DNA from: Patescibacteria group bacterium | GTDB taxonomy: Bacteria > Patescibacteriota > Patescibacteriia > Patescibacteriales > BS150m-G62 | Direction of reading: 5' to 3' | Length of the DNA stretch: 55,441 bases | Assembly (NCBI GenBank): GCA_016784175.1 | Contig: JADHVC010000003.1 | Span: 1 to 55,441, forward strand | In this document: piece after piece, positions 11,040 to 21,969 of the stretch | How positions within the stretch are numbered: position 1 is the stretch's first letter | Layout: each line of letters starts with the position of its first letter | The notes under the pieces: model-generated | Seen by the model: the letters and a program-made list of their open reading frames with translations, nothing else | Told to the model about the DNA's origin: nothing | Databases searched by the model: none | Program-made: the position numbers and the translations under genes

Positions 11040-11172
11040 TAAGTACTGTATTGTAAAGCTTTTTAAAATATGATATCATTATAAAATTAGAAAAATAAGC
11101 ATGTAACTAAATAATATCTATCTAAACAAATACTGAAGAAATGTTTTTGTTTATAATAGAAAAGGTGTGTAT

Positions 11173-12468
11173 ATGAGTTTAATTTTTATAGTTAGTATAT
11201 CAATATTTGTAATTACATTTGGCTTGATACTAACCGAACGATTTCATAGAACGATTATTGGGTTAGCAGGAGCAATCTTGATGGTATTAGCGGGTAATAT
11301 GTTTGAATTTTATGACTCTAAAGAAGTAGTTGAAGCGATAGATTTTAATACGCTTGGTTTATTGTTCGGCATGATGGTTATCGTTGCTATACTAGAGAAA
11401 ACAGGCTTTTTCGAATATTTAGCAATATTAGTCGCAAAAAAAACAAAAGGAAAACCATGGGCGCTTGTTGTTGCTTTAGGTACATTAACAACTTTACTTT
11501 CACTAATCCTTGATAATGTAACAACTATAATTCTAATTGTTCCTGTGACCATTATTATCACCCAGCTGTTAAAAATAAATCCTACACCAATTTTGATGGC
11601 GGAAGCTCTGCTCTCTGATACTGGTGGTGTAGCCACGCTCGTTGGTGATCCTCCAAACATCATGATTGGATCCGCTGCTAACTTTAGCTTTAATGATTTT
11701 TTAATTCATTCAATGCCTGTAGTAATTGTGGCATGGTTTGCTACATTAATTACGCTTAAGTTTATTTACAAAAAAGAATTAAAAGAGGTTCCACAAAATA
11801 TAGACCAGTTGATGGCAATGAATGAAAAAGAAGCAATTACTGATCCTGTAACAGTGAGAAAGATATTATACGTATTATCTTTTGTTGTATTATTGTTTCT
11901 TTTGCATAGTAAATTACATTTAATGCCTTCTATGGTTGCTTTAATAGGAGCTTTTTTGGCACTATGGGTTGTGTCTGCAAAAAAAGACCCACAAAAAATA
12001 CTTGAAAAAGTCGAATTGTCTGTATTGTTATTTTTTGGTTCACTATTTGTTATAGTCGGTGGATTAGAAAATGCTGGTGTGCTTGAGCACCTTGCAAATC
12101 TTATTACTAGTGGAGTTGAAGACAATTTATTGCTAACCGCAATTATCGTACTCTGGTCTTCTGCAATTCTTTCAGCGATAGTTGATAATATTCCCTTAAC
12201 TGTTGCGATGATCCCAATTATTAGCTATCTAGAAACTCAAGGAGTTGCAGTTGGAATACTGTGGTGGGCACTTGTATTTGGTGTGGGTTTTGGAGGCAAT
12301 GGTTCGCCAATCGGGTCTACGGCCAATGTTATTGTTGTTTCTAAGAGTGAGCAAACTGATACTCCAATAACCTTTAAAACTTGGTTTAAGGCTGGAGCAT
12401 CGGTAATGTTCGTAACACTTACCGTTGCAACACTTGCCATAGTATTATTCAAAGAAATGTTTACGTAA
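11173..12468 (+). CDS. ArsB/NhaD (CitMHS/SLC13-like) ion transporter
   Basis: Many TM segments; LDNVTTI, GGVATLVGDPPN, VDNIP, GGNGSPIGSTAN. Confidence 0.9.
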   Translation: MSLIFIVSISIFVITFGLILTERFHRTIIGLAGAILMVLAGNMFEFYDSKEVVEAIDFNTLGLLFGMMVIVAILEKTGFFEYLAILVAKKTKGKPWALVVALGTLTTLLSLILDNVTTIILIVPVTIIITQLLKINPTPILMAEALLSDTGGVATLVGDPPNIMIGSAANFSFNDFLIHSMPVVIVAWFATLITLKFIYKKELKEVPQNIDQLMAMNEKEAITDPVTVRKILYVLSFVVLLFLLHSKLHLMPSMVALIGAFLALWVVSAKKDPQKILEKVELSVLLFFGSLFVIVGGLENAGVLEHLANLITSGVEDNLLLTAIIVLWSSAILSAIVDNIPLTVAMIPIISYLETQGVAVGILWWALVFGVGFGGNGSPIGSTANVIVVSKSEQTDTPITFKTWFKAGASVMFVTLTVATLAIVLFKEMFT

Positions 12469-12590
12469 AAATGTAAGTTATGCGATTGCTCAAACTGCTA
12501 GTACTAAATATTATTAATAACTAAATTATAATTATTCGTTTATATTTGTTTTACAAGCTTGAGAACAACCTATATACAAATAATTTCTAT

Positions 12591-13052
12591 ATGAATATAC
12601 AAAATATAATGCGACAGCCAGTTATTGTAAAAGATAATATTAGCCTTTCAGAAACTGTTCAAATAATGATGCAGAAGAAAAGGAATTCTGTTGTTATTGT
12701 TAATGATAAAGGTGAATTTGTTAGTGAGGTGGATGTCGTAAGTGTAATAAAAGCGATTTTACCAGACTATATAGAAGAAGCAAGAATTGCTGCTCATTTT
12801 GCCAGTAGCGATTATTTTATTGAATTATGCAAAAAATCCAAAGACATTCCAATAGGGGATTTTATGATGAAAAATCCTAAGACAACTACTATAGAAAGTA
12901 GTCTTATGGAAGCTGCTGTTATGTTAATAAATAGCAAGCAATCCAGAATAGCAGTGTTAGATAAAAATAAGTTTCCAGTTGGCCTACTAACTAGAACTGA
13001 ACTAAAACAAGCTATTGGTAAAATTCTAGACATTAAAGAAAGTAATAGTTAG
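12591..13052 (+). CDS. CBS domain-pair protein
   Basis: IQNIMR..., VIVNDKGEFV, IGDFMMKNP, VLDKNKFPVGLLTRTEL; follows the transporter. Confidence 0.85.
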   Translation: MNIQNIMRQPVIVKDNISLSETVQIMMQKKRNSVVIVNDKGEFVSEVDVVSVIKAILPDYIEEARIAAHFASSDYFIELCKKSKDIPIGDFMMKNPKTTTIESSLMEAAVMLINSKQSRIAVLDKNKFPVGLLTRTELKQAIGKILDIKESNS

Positions 13053-13196
13053 CTTGTTATATATTTAAATAGAGATACATAAAAAATATTAATCGAACCT
13101 AAGCGTCCAAATGTCGGGCGCTTATTTTATTACTTATATAGAAAAAAGACCTAAGCAAGAAGCCGAGGTCTAAATTGATGTTGTGAATCGCACCCG

Positions 13197-13487
13197 TTAG
13201 ACGGTTAGCAATCCACTTATTTGATTTTCGATGGCACAAAAAGCGTCATCGAAAATAGTGGGGGAAAACTCGCATCCTTGTCTTTTTGCGAGCTTTGAGC
13301 CGATCTCGTCAATTTTGACACAGCCGCACTTTATCAGGCGACCTAAAATTTCTACTTTGTACTCCAATTGTTGACTTATATGACACCTTGCCATCTTTTT
13401 TAGTGTTTGTTTGTATTCATTAAGAATCCTCTTCAATTGGATTGTTAATTCTTTTTTCATATTAGGCAGACAAATAATTCTCACCAT
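13197..13487 (-). CDS. Hypothetical protein
   Basis: 96 aa, SD AAAGGAG, upstream TTGACA-N17-TATTAT, hairpin downstream. Confidence 0.6.
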   Translation of the reverse strand: MVRIICLPNMKKELTIQLKRILNEYKQTLKKMARCHISQQLEYKVEILGRLIKCGCVKIDEIGSKLAKRQGCEFSPTIFDDAFCAIENQISGLLTV

Positions 13488-13572
13488 ATCTCTCCTTTTT
13501 TTTATTGAAATGAGCAGAAATACCTATAAGTAATAATAGTAAATATAAAACTATATGTCAAGCGATTTTCTT

Positions 13573-13761
13573 GTAACTACTCACTATATCTGCATTATTT
13601 TTGAGCGCATATGTAATATGTAGTAATTATTAGCACAATTTAACTTAAAAAAATTTATGTTTGAGTGAAGCGAGTTTAAAATTTTTGTTAAATTGTGCGT
13701 AAAAAAGTGCCCAATATTCCATCCTAAGCGAAAAAGTGATGCAGATGTAGTGAGTGATTAT
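13573..13761 (+). mobile_element. Palindromic MITE-like repeat, copy 3
   Basis: 189 bp, flanked by perfect 8-bp direct repeat ATTTTCTT (13565-13572 / 13762-13769). Confidence 0.9.
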
Positions 13762-13924
13762 ATTTTCTTTATTAAAAGGTCATTTTGCGACCTCTCGCAC
13801 ATCCATATATAAATCGGCAAGCTTATCATGGACTGCTTTATAATGATTTTTCTTTAAGCAAGTGAGGTTATATAAGCAGGTATATTTTCTTTCCACGCCA
13901 GGAACTTTATGATAAAATACAAAT

Positions 13925-15058
13925 ATGCGAAAATTCCTTAGCTTTATCTTTAACCTAGGCGACAACTTTAAGAATGCTGATAAGCCCTTGATTGCAACCA
14001 TGGGAATTATTATTGCTTTTGGTTTAGTTATGTTGTCTAGCGCGACCTCTGCCGTTGCTTTTACAAAATATGGCGATAGCTACTATTTTTTTAAACATCA
14101 ACTCTTCGGTATAATCGTTGGTTCAATCTTTTTTTATTTTTTAGCTAAAATTGATTACCATAGATGGGAAAAATACGGTTTTTGGTTTTTAGTTCTCTCT
14201 ATTGTATTGCTGTTATTAGTGTTTATCCCTGGTTTAAGTGCTAGTTATGGAAAAGCGAGAAGTTGGATAAATGTATTTGGTTTTTCACTTCAACCATCTG
14301 AATTAGTAAAATTATCTTTTTTGATATATTTGTCGGCGTGGTTAGGGCGTAGGGAAAAATTTGTTAAAGACTTTACGCAAGGAACGGCTCCGTTTGTAGC
14401 TATATGGCTTGTTGTGGCAATACTAATGATATTGCAGCCAGATATTGGGACACTTTCGATCATTACAGTAGTGTCGATGATAGTGTATTTTGTTGGTGGA
14501 GGTAATATAAAACATATATTAGGTATGATAGTGCTAGGAATGATGGGGCTAGCTATTATGATAAACTTAATGCCTTATCAGGCAGCTAGAATAAAGTGCT
14601 TTACTGACCCAACATATTCTACCGCTGATGTTTGTTATCAGGTTAATCAGTCGTTAATCGCCGTGGGCTCTGGTGGATTACATGGTCGTGGACTTGGTGC
14701 GAGTAGACAAAAGTTTGCTTATTTGCCAGAGGTGTCAGGTGACTCAATTTTTGCTATTATTGGAGAAGAAACTGGCTTGATATATAGCTCATTTTTGGTA
14801 TTGTTATTTATATTCTTGTTTTATAGAGGATATATAATCGCAAAACAAGCACTAGATAGATTCGGAAAATTCCTAGCTATTGGGATTGTAAGTTGGGTAG
14901 TTTTGCAGGCATTTATTAATATTGGTGGAATGATAAACTTTATGCCTATGACAGGCGTACCCTTACCCTTTATAAGTTATGGTGGATCGGCTATATTTTC
15001 TGCAATGTCTGCCATGGGAATCCTGGTTAATATCAGTAAGCACGGCCGGTTTAGGTAA
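13925..15058 (+). CDS. ftsW: SEDS peptidoglycan polymerase FtsW
   Basis: ARSWI, SLQPSELVK, QPDIG, YQVNQSLIAVGSGG, MTGVPLPFISYGGS; upstream of murG. Confidence 0.95.
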   Translation: MRKFLSFIFNLGDNFKNADKPLIATMGIIIAFGLVMLSSATSAVAFTKYGDSYYFFKHQLFGIIVGSIFFYFLAKIDYHRWEKYGFWFLVLSIVLLLLVFIPGLSASYGKARSWINVFGFSLQPSELVKLSFLIYLSAWLGRREKFVKDFTQGTAPFVAIWLVVAILMILQPDIGTLSIITVVSMIVYFVGGGNIKHILGMIVLGMMGLAIMINLMPYQAARIKCFTDPTYSTADVCYQVNQSLIAVGSGGLHGRGLGASRQKFAYLPEVSGDSIFAIIGEETGLIYSSFLVLLFIFLFYRGYIIAKQALDRFGKFLAIGIVSWVVLQAFINIGGMINFMPMTGVPLPFISYGGSAIFSAMSAMGILVNISKHGRFR

Positions 15059-15180
15059 AAAAAAGCCCACTGGTATATAGGCTCGTAGACAGAACGATTT
15101 CTTTCTGTAGTTTGTCAGCCATCGAGTGGTTCTTCCCAAAAGGAATCTTAATGAACCATAAATTAAATATAGTATACAAC

Positions 15181-16254
15181 ATGAAAAATCTCAAGAGAAT
15201 TTTATATTCTGGCGGGGGAACAGGTGGGTCAGTTACTCCTCTCTTAGCCTTACACCAAGAATTAATAGCGAACAATAGCTATATTGTCGCTCTTTGGGTT
15301 GGAACTGGTTTTGGGCCGGAGCAGGCTATGGCTAAAGAGGCCAATATTGACTTTAGAGTCATAAAAAGTGGGAAGCTAAGACGCTATTTTTCACTTCAAA
15401 ATTTTTTCGATCCTCTTAGAGTTGCTTTTGGGTTCTTCGAGGCTATCGCTATAATGCGTAACTTTAAGCCAGATATTGCAATTACAGCCGGTGGGTTTGT
15501 AAGCGTACCAGTTATTTGGGCCGCTAAATTATTAGGTATTACTACTATTGTCCACCAACAAGACGCTCGACCAGGCTTGGCTAATAAGTTAATGGCTCCC
15601 TTCGCCACAATAATAACCGTCACTTTTAAAAAATCTCTCGAGCATTACGGCAAAAAGGCAATACTAACTGGCAATCCAGTAAAAAAAGTAAGCGTTAATA
15701 TAAATATACTAGCACAAAGAAGTAAGTACAACTTTAATAATATTTTGCCAATAGTTTTAGTGATGGGCGGTGGTACTGGTGCGCGAAAAATTAACGAGCT
15801 AATTAACGAGGGTCTTAAAGACTTGTGCAAATTTACTAATATAATCCACATAACAGGTAAGGGTAAAAATCAAGATACATATAACCATCAAACACCGAAA
15901 AACTATATGTGCCTTGAATTTGTTAATCATGCTGAAATGTACAATATTTATGCTTTGGCAGATATTGTAGTTAGCCGGGCTGGCATGGGAGCGTTGACTG
16001 AATTGTCATATCTTAAAAAACCTGCCATAATTATCCCAATGCTTAGTTCACACCAAGAAGATAATGCTAAAATTCTTGGCGACACGAAGGCTGCAATAGT
16101 TTTAGACCAAAAAAAACTTACAGCTGTAGCTTTGGTAAGTAATATTAAAACTATAATTGAAAATAAAACACTGCAAAATCAACTATCGATAAATATAGAA
16201 AAAGCCATAAAAACTGATGGGGCAAAAGAAATAGCCAAGATTATTAATAAATAG
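15181..16254 (+). CDS. murG: Lipid II N-acetylglucosaminyltransferase MurG
   Basis: GGGTGGS, GGFVS, HQQD..PGLAN, TGNP, GGGTGA, SRAG, HQEDNA. Confidence 0.95.
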   Translation: MKNLKRILYSGGGTGGSVTPLLALHQELIANNSYIVALWVGTGFGPEQAMAKEANIDFRVIKSGKLRRYFSLQNFFDPLRVAFGFFEAIAIMRNFKPDIAITAGGFVSVPVIWAAKLLGITTIVHQQDARPGLANKLMAPFATIITVTFKKSLEHYGKKAILTGNPVKKVSVNINILAQRSKYNFNNILPIVLVMGGGTGARKINELINEGLKDLCKFTNIIHITGKGKNQDTYNHQTPKNYMCLEFVNHAEMYNIYALADIVVSRAGMGALTELSYLKKPAIIIPMLSSHQEDNAKILGDTKAAIVLDQKKLTAVALVSNIKTIIENKTLQNQLSINIEKAIKTDGAKEIAKIINK

Positions 16255-16286
16255 TCAACTTCAGATTAACCGTTTAAAATAATAAA

Positions 16287-17687
16287 ATGGACATATCAAA
16301 AGTTAAAAATATATACATGATAGGAATAAAAGGCGTAGGTATGACAATGCTTGCTCAGTATTTTGCGTCTAAAGGAATGAAGGTGACTGGATCAGATACC
16401 GCTGAAAAATTTATGACAGACCAGGTTTTAGAAAAATGTAAAATTCCAGTAATAGAAAAATTCAATAAATTAAATATTCCTAAAGATGCTGATGTAATAA
16501 TTTATTCTTCCGCATATAACGAAATTAATAACGAAGAAGTGCGATCTGTGATTAATACAAATCGCAAAGTGCTGTGTTATGCAAAAGCACTAGGCGATGT
16601 TTTTAATCAGTATTACGGAATAGGTGTTATTGGCTCGCATGGCAAAACTACGACTTCTGCTTGGCTTGGATTTGTTATGGACTCGGCTGGATTAAAACCA
16701 AATGTTATGGTTGGAGCAAGAGTGCCACAATTCAATGGAAGCTCTTTAATTAATGAATCAAATTATTTAGTTGCAGAGCTAGACGAATATCAAAATAAGT
16801 TTCAATATGCTAGTCCTCAAGCAGTAATATTAAACAACATTGACTTTGATCACCCAGATTTTTTCCCTACCCATGAAAGCTATACTCAAGTCTTTATCGA
16901 CTTAGTAAAAAGGATTCCAAAAAAAGGATTGCTTGTTGCCAATCTTGATGATGAAAAAGTTGAAAAAATAGTACAATTAAATTTTGAGTTTAAGGCTATA
17001 ACATACGCTATAAAAAATGGCAAAGCAAATTACATAGCGTCAGAAATAGAACAGGCTTTGGGCAGGCAATATTTTCGTGTTTCTTTTGATAATGAAGACC
17101 TTGGAATTTTCAATATTAAACTGACTGGCGACCATAATATCTTAAATGCTCTTGGTGTAATTGCTATGTGTGTCGAATTGGAAATAGACTTAATTGACAT
17201 CCGAACTTACTTGGCAGATTTTATTGGCACAGAAAGACGAATGCAGACTCTGGGGGAATACAATAAAGCTTTAATTATCGATGATTATGCACATCATCCG
17301 ACTGAAATAAGGGTTACTTTAGCTGGTATAAAAAAATTATATCCTTCGAAGAATATAATTTGCGTATTTCATCCACATACTTTTACAAGAACTAAAGCTC
17401 TCCTAGATGAATTTGCTAATAGCTTTAATGATGCTGATAAAATTGTAGTACTTGATATTTATGGATCTGCTAGGGAAGAGCAGGGTGGGATCAGCTCTAA
17501 AAGTATAGTTGATAAAATTATAGAATTAAATAATAATAATGATAGGGGTAATCAGGAAGTATTGTATATTCCTAGTTTTATGGAATGTGAAGAGTATTTA
17601 CGAAAAATTGCTAAAAACAACGACCTAATTTTATTAATGGGTGCTGGAGATATATTTAAAATAGGGAAGAATTTAATAAGAATATAA
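16287..17687 (+). CDS. murC: UDP-N-acetylmuramate--L-alanine ligase
   Basis: IGIKGVGM, GSHGKTTT, ELDEY, DFDHPD, DDYAHHPTE, FHPH, MGAGD. Confidence 0.96.
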   Translation: MDISKVKNIYMIGIKGVGMTMLAQYFASKGMKVTGSDTAEKFMTDQVLEKCKIPVIEKFNKLNIPKDADVIIYSSAYNEINNEEVRSVINTNRKVLCYAKALGDVFNQYYGIGVIGSHGKTTTSAWLGFVMDSAGLKPNVMVGARVPQFNGSSLINESNYLVAELDEYQNKFQYASPQAVILNNIDFDHPDFFPTHESYTQVFIDLVKRIPKKGLLVANLDDEKVEKIVQLNFEFKAITYAIKNGKANYIASEIEQALGRQYFRVSFDNEDLGIFNIKLTGDHNILNALGVIAMCVELEIDLIDIRTYLADFIGTERRMQTLGEYNKALIIDDYAHHPTEIRVTLAGIKKLYPSKNIICVFHPHTFTRTKALLDEFANSFNDADKIVVLDIYGSAREEQGGISSKSIVDKIIELNNNNDRGNQEVLYIPSFMECEEYLRKIAKNNDLILLMGAGDIFKIGKNLIRI

Positions 17688-17689
17688 CT

Positions 17690-18646
17690 ATGTCAGACTT
17701 AATTGATATTGAAACTAAAATCAAAAAAAATATCCCATTAGCTCCTCTTACCACTTTTAATATTGGAGGTTCTGCTGAGCTATTTGTTGAGGTTGGTAGT
17801 AAAGACGAGTTAGTAGACGCAATAAACTTAGCCCAAAATAAAGATTTAGGAATCACAATCTTAGGTGGAGGTAGTAATGTTTTAGTCGCTGATACTGGAA
17901 TTAAAGGCTTAGTGATAAAAATAAATAACAAAACCTTAGTTTTAAAAGGAGATCGAATAGAGGTTGGTGCTGGGTCAAAATTGATCGATACTGCAAGACT
18001 AGCTAATAATAACGGATACACTGGATTAGAGTGGGCTAGTGGAATCCCAGGATCAGCTGGAGGGGCTATTCGTGGTAATGCAGGTGCTCATGGATACTAT
18101 ATCGCAGATGTAATAGAAACTATAGAGTGTTTTGATAAAATAAAGAATATATTTAAAATATTAAGCAAGAAGGACTGTGAGTTTTCTTATAAAGATAGTT
18201 ATATTAAGCAAAATAAGAGTTTGGTTATTTGGAGTGCTTATCTAAAACTTACGCGTGGTAACTTAGTTGAGATAAGAAATAAAGTCGATAGCTATATAAA
18301 AATACGAGAGAGTTCTCAGCCAAGGTTAGCGAGTGCTGGTTGTGTATTTAAAAATTTAAGTTTCGACGATATTCAAGCAACTAGTGATAAGCTAGCAAAA
18401 TATATAATAAAAAATAATCCGCCTAAGAATGGTAAAATAGGTGCGGGTTGGCTAATTGACCTTATTGGGCTTAAAGGTAAACGAGTTGGTGATGTAAAAG
18501 TTAGTCTAGAGCATGGTAATTTTATTGTTAACACTGGGCATGGTAAGGCTAGCGATGTTATTGACCTAATTAAATTTATCAAGAAAAGAATGTACGACCA
18601 ATTTGGCATAGAACTAGAAGAGGAAATTCAATACTTAGGATTCTAA
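17690..18646 (+). CDS. murB: UDP-N-acetylenolpyruvoylglucosamine reductase
   Basis: TTFNIGG, LGGGSNVL, GIPGSAGGAIRGNAGA, SAGCVFKN, HGNFIVN. Confidence 0.96.
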   Translation: MSDLIDIETKIKKNIPLAPLTTFNIGGSAELFVEVGSKDELVDAINLAQNKDLGITILGGGSNVLVADTGIKGLVIKINNKTLVLKGDRIEVGAGSKLIDTARLANNNGYTGLEWASGIPGSAGGAIRGNAGAHGYYIADVIETIECFDKIKNIFKILSKKDCEFSYKDSYIKQNKSLVIWSAYLKLTRGNLVEIRNKVDSYIKIRESSQPRLASAGCVFKNLSFDDIQATSDKLAKYIIKNNPPKNGKIGAGWLIDLIGLKGKRVGDVKVSLEHGNFIVNTGHGKASDVIDLIKFIKKRMYDQFGIELEEEIQYLGF

Positions 18647-18650
18647 CTTT

Positions 18651-20597
18651 TTATTTATTAAAATACCACTCCCAGATATCATAAGCTATAGGCACAGCGG
18701 CTTCTGACCCCTCACCACCTTCTTCAATGAGAATAGTTAACACCATCTCTGGGTTGATATATGGCGCAAACCCCGTAAACCACGCATGGGTTTCTTTTTT
18801 ACTAGACCATTGAGCTGTCCCGGTTTTTCCCGCACTAGTCACACCTAAAAGTGAGAGCCGTCTAGCGCTGCCTTTAGTAACAGCCTGACGCATACCCTCT
18901 TTTACAATCTTAATATTATAGCTATCAATAAAATTTTCACGAATATGTGCTGTATCAAGTGGTTTTGAGGATCCATCAGCACTAGAAAGAACCTTACTAA
19001 CAATGTGAGGTCGATAAAGCTTTCCGTCATTTGCAAAAGCAGATGTAAACAAAGCCACTTGCAGTGGGGTTACAAGTACATCACCCTGACCGATAGCTAA
19101 ATGATAAGTGTCCCCAATATACCATGGCTCACCTTTAACTGCCAATTTCCACTCTATTGATGGCAAGAAACCACTAGCTTCACCAGCTAAATCTATTCCA
19201 GTTTGCTCACTTAGTCCAAATAGTTTTCCATATTGAACAATTCTCTTTACACCTAAACCTTCAAAATCTTTATAACCTCCACCAATATAATAAAAAAATG
19301 TATTCACTGATTCTGCTAATGCCCTTCTAGCGTCAACTATCCCATGACCTCCGGCCTTCCAGTCGGGGAAATACCAACTTGAAATTCTTATTCCGCCGAC
19401 ACTCAGAAAGCTTGTATATTCGCTGATTACTTTTTCTTGTAGTGCTGCAGCAATCATCACAGGCTTAATAGTTGACCCAGATGGATATTCACCGCTAATC
19501 GCTCTATTAAATAGTGGATTGTCTTCATGGTTTATTAGGTCGCGGTATTCGGCTAAAGAAATTCCACGAGCAAAAGCATTATTATTGTATGAAGGGATAT
19601 TTACTAATGCCATTACTTCTCCGTTATTAGGATTTAGAGCGATAACGACAGCTCTATTGGTCTTAATTTTCTCAAGATGTTTTTTTGTAATCTCCTCTAT
19701 TTTACTTTGCAATACCACATCAATAGACAATATTAAATGCGAACCATCCTCAGGTTTGATCTCTTTTATGATTCTTTTTTCTTTTCCTAAAGCATCAACC
19801 TCGATTTGCTTTTGACCATTTAAACCTCTGAGTTCAGGTTCCCAAAAAAACTCAATACCCACCTTGCCGATATAGTCAATCGGATTATATAAAGAACCAT
19901 AATCCTCTAATTCATTATTATTAATTTTACCCGTATATCCTAAAATATGAGACATAGATAAGTTATGCAAATAATATTCTCGTCTTGTTTTATTAGTAAG
20001 TATAACACCTGGCCATTTCTTACTTTCAAGTAGGATTTTCATAGCTGCTTCATACTTAATGCTATCCGTTAAGAACAGAGGTTGAAAAGATTTCAATGAA
20101 CCTACTTGAATTTGAGAGATCATAGCCTCCATATCATCAATGCTAAACTCATTTTCTAAAATAGTATTTAATTTTAGCAAAATCTCAAATCGAGATATTC
20201 TGTCTCGTGGCAAATCAGCAGGAACAAAATACAATAGAAAGTTCGCAACATTTTGCACCAAGGGTCTCATCTTGCTATCATAAATTATTCCTCTTTTTGC
20301 CTCAATTCTCTCCAATCGAACTCTATTACCTTGCGCAAGATCATAATAATGATTACCCATAATAATTTGTAGCCAAATTAACCGTGCTATCAATAATCCA
20401 ATTAGCAAAAAAAAGAACAATAGTACAATATTGGTTCTTAAGTAGCTAAAAAATGGTCTTACCTTACTTATTCCAAGCGCTGTTGGCAATATACTGCCAT
20501 GAGTCCAATGTTCTATATATTTATTTTTTACAATTTTCCCATACGTTTTTACAACAAAGAGGTCATCATTATTCTTCTTTATGTTTAGTAGCTTCAT
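18651..20597 (-). CDS. mrdA: Penicillin-binding protein 2
   Basis: RGIIYD, GKVGIE, PSGSTIK (SxxK), SVN, KTG; downstream of mreBCD. Confidence 0.95.
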   Translation of the reverse strand: MKLLNIKKNNDDLFVVKTYGKIVKNKYIEHWTHGSILPTALGISKVRPFFSYLRTNIVLLFFFLLIGLLIARLIWLQIIMGNHYYDLAQGNRVRLERIEAKRGIIYDSKMRPLVQNVANFLLYFVPADLPRDRISRFEILLKLNTILENEFSIDDMEAMISQIQVGSLKSFQPLFLTDSIKYEAAMKILLESKKWPGVILTNKTRREYYLHNLSMSHILGYTGKINNNELEDYGSLYNPIDYIGKVGIEFFWEPELRGLNGQKQIEVDALGKEKRIIKEIKPEDGSHLILSIDVVLQSKIEEITKKHLEKIKTNRAVVIALNPNNGEVMALVNIPSYNNNAFARGISLAEYRDLINHEDNPLFNRAISGEYPSGSTIKPVMIAAALQEKVISEYTSFLSVGGIRISSWYFPDWKAGGHGIVDARRALAESVNTFFYYIGGGYKDFEGLGVKRIVQYGKLFGLSEQTGIDLAGEASGFLPSIEWKLAVKGEPWYIGDTYHLAIGQGDVLVTPLQVALFTSAFANDGKLYRPHIVSKVLSSADGSSKPLDTAHIRENFIDSYNIKIVKEGMRQAVTKGSARRLSLLGVTSAGKTGTAQWSSKKETHAWFTGFAPYINPEMVLTILIEEGGEGSEAAVPIAYDIWEWYFNK

Positions 20598-20601
20598 TTT
20601 G

Positions 20602-21132
20602 TTAGTGTGCTTTCTTTAAAAAGACAGATTTTAAATTATTTGTAAAAAAACTCAAAGTATAAAACAGTAAAGCCATGAATACAATATTTATAGTTATTTT
20701 AGCCATTTCATATTTAAAAAAAAGTAAAGGAACTTGAACTTGAGAAACAATATTAAAGGCATAAAATAAACTACTTAATAAATATAGGATTAAGTTTTGG
20801 GTAAAAAGTAGTACAACAAACAAAATAATCGTTGAATATAGAGATTTGTCTGTAAAGTAGTTTGTATTTAGTGAGTTCACAAATAAAAACGAAATAAAGA
20901 ATGCGATCATATGTGCGCCAAAGGGAAAAAAAAGTATTGTATCCATAACCAAACCACTAAATACTACCCACAAAAGAGCAAACTCAAAACCTCTAATTAA
21001 TAAAACAAAAATAATGGAAATTGATACTATATCAACATAAGCAATGGGTAGCGGTAAACCACTAACAAATGAAATTTGATATATACAGATTATTAGACAA
21101 ATGATTGCGTGCAAAAATAGTTTTTTTTTCAT
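20602..21132 (-). CDS. mreD: Probable rod shape-determining protein MreD
   Basis: Hydrophobic 176 aa with GLVMD...FG; lies between mreC and mrdA. Confidence 0.7.
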   Translation of the reverse strand: MKKKLFLHAIICLIICIYQISFVSGLPLPIAYVDIVSISIIFVLLIRGFEFALLWVVFSGLVMDTILFFPFGAHMIAFFISFLFVNSLNTNYFTDKSLYSTIILFVVLLFTQNLILYLLSSLFYAFNIVSQVQVPLLFFKYEMAKITINIVFMALLFYTLSFFTNNLKSVFLKKAH

Positions 21133-21932
21133 GGCAATATGATCGATACAATACTTGCTTTATTAATGTCACTTGATGGTTCAATGATAGCGCTTTTCCA
21201 AACATCATTGCTCTTTTGAAAGATTTGTATGACTCTTCCGACTATTATGCCTGGAGGAACAGTTGATTCAAGTCCAGATGTTATAATAGTGTCCATTAAA
21301 TTTATAGTTTCTGTCTGAGGAATGTAATTCATTTTGGTTATCAAATTCAATTCACCTATTGTAATTCCTGATGTTTGATGAGAATTTTCCCCCATTACAG
21401 CAAACTCACAATCCTTTTCAGTAATTAAACAAACTTCCGAAATATTATTGCTTACTTTTACTATTTTCCCGAGTAACATTCCGGAACTATTAACAACAGC
21501 TAGTCCCTCAATGATCCCATCTTTTATCCCTTTGTCGATAATAACACCAGCTCCGCTATACGAAAGAGTTCTTGGCTTTGAGATAATATTTGAAAAAATA
21601 GCCCGTCCTTCTTTTTGTTTAGAATAATTAAGTAAGCTTTTGAGCTCACTATTTTCTTCTTCCAATAATTTCAATCTTTGATTTTCTTTCTTTAGTAAGT
21701 TATATTCGATCACCAATCTATCAACCTCATTTATTAAATTCTTCTTTGTTGAAAAGTTAAGATATGTGCGCGCTATACTTGTACTTAAAGAGTGAAGTCC
21801 ACTAGAGACTGGACGCAACACAAAAGCGATACTATTCTCAATTGGAGCTAATAGGCCTATATAATGCAAGCCAATTAAAGCAATAATTAACAAAAAGGAC
21901 CAGCTATAAAAATTTTTTTTCCGCGAATTCAT
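21129..21932 (-). CDS. mreC: Rod shape-determining protein MreC
   Basis: TM plus coiled coil (EENSELK), IIDKG..DG, TSGL...PPGIIVG. Confidence 0.92.
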   Translation of the reverse strand: MNSRKKNFYSWSFLLIIALIGLHYIGLLAPIENSIAFVLRPVSSGLHSLSTSIARTYLNFSTKKNLINEVDRLVIEYNLLKKENQRLKLLEEENSELKSLLNYSKQKEGRAIFSNIISKPRTLSYSGAGVIIDKGIKDGIIEGLAVVNSSGMLLGKIVKVSNNISEVCLITEKDCEFAVMGENSHQTSGITIGELNLITKMNYIPQTETINLMDTIITSGLESTVPPGIIVGRVIQIFQKSNDVWKSAIIEPSSDINKASIVSIILP

Positions 21933-21969
21933 GAATAATTATTCAATAGCATTTATTAGTATAAAATAT

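Noticed and set aside
10831..11047. AGTACTTA / TAAGTACT inverted pair around copy 2
   Set aside because: Asymmetric distances from the element and absent at other copies; likely chance.
10867..11079. 70-aa minus-strand ORF from the track (also 55128-55346)
   Set aside because: They run through MITE copies; starts and stops come from non-conserved flanks or indel-prone homopolymers.
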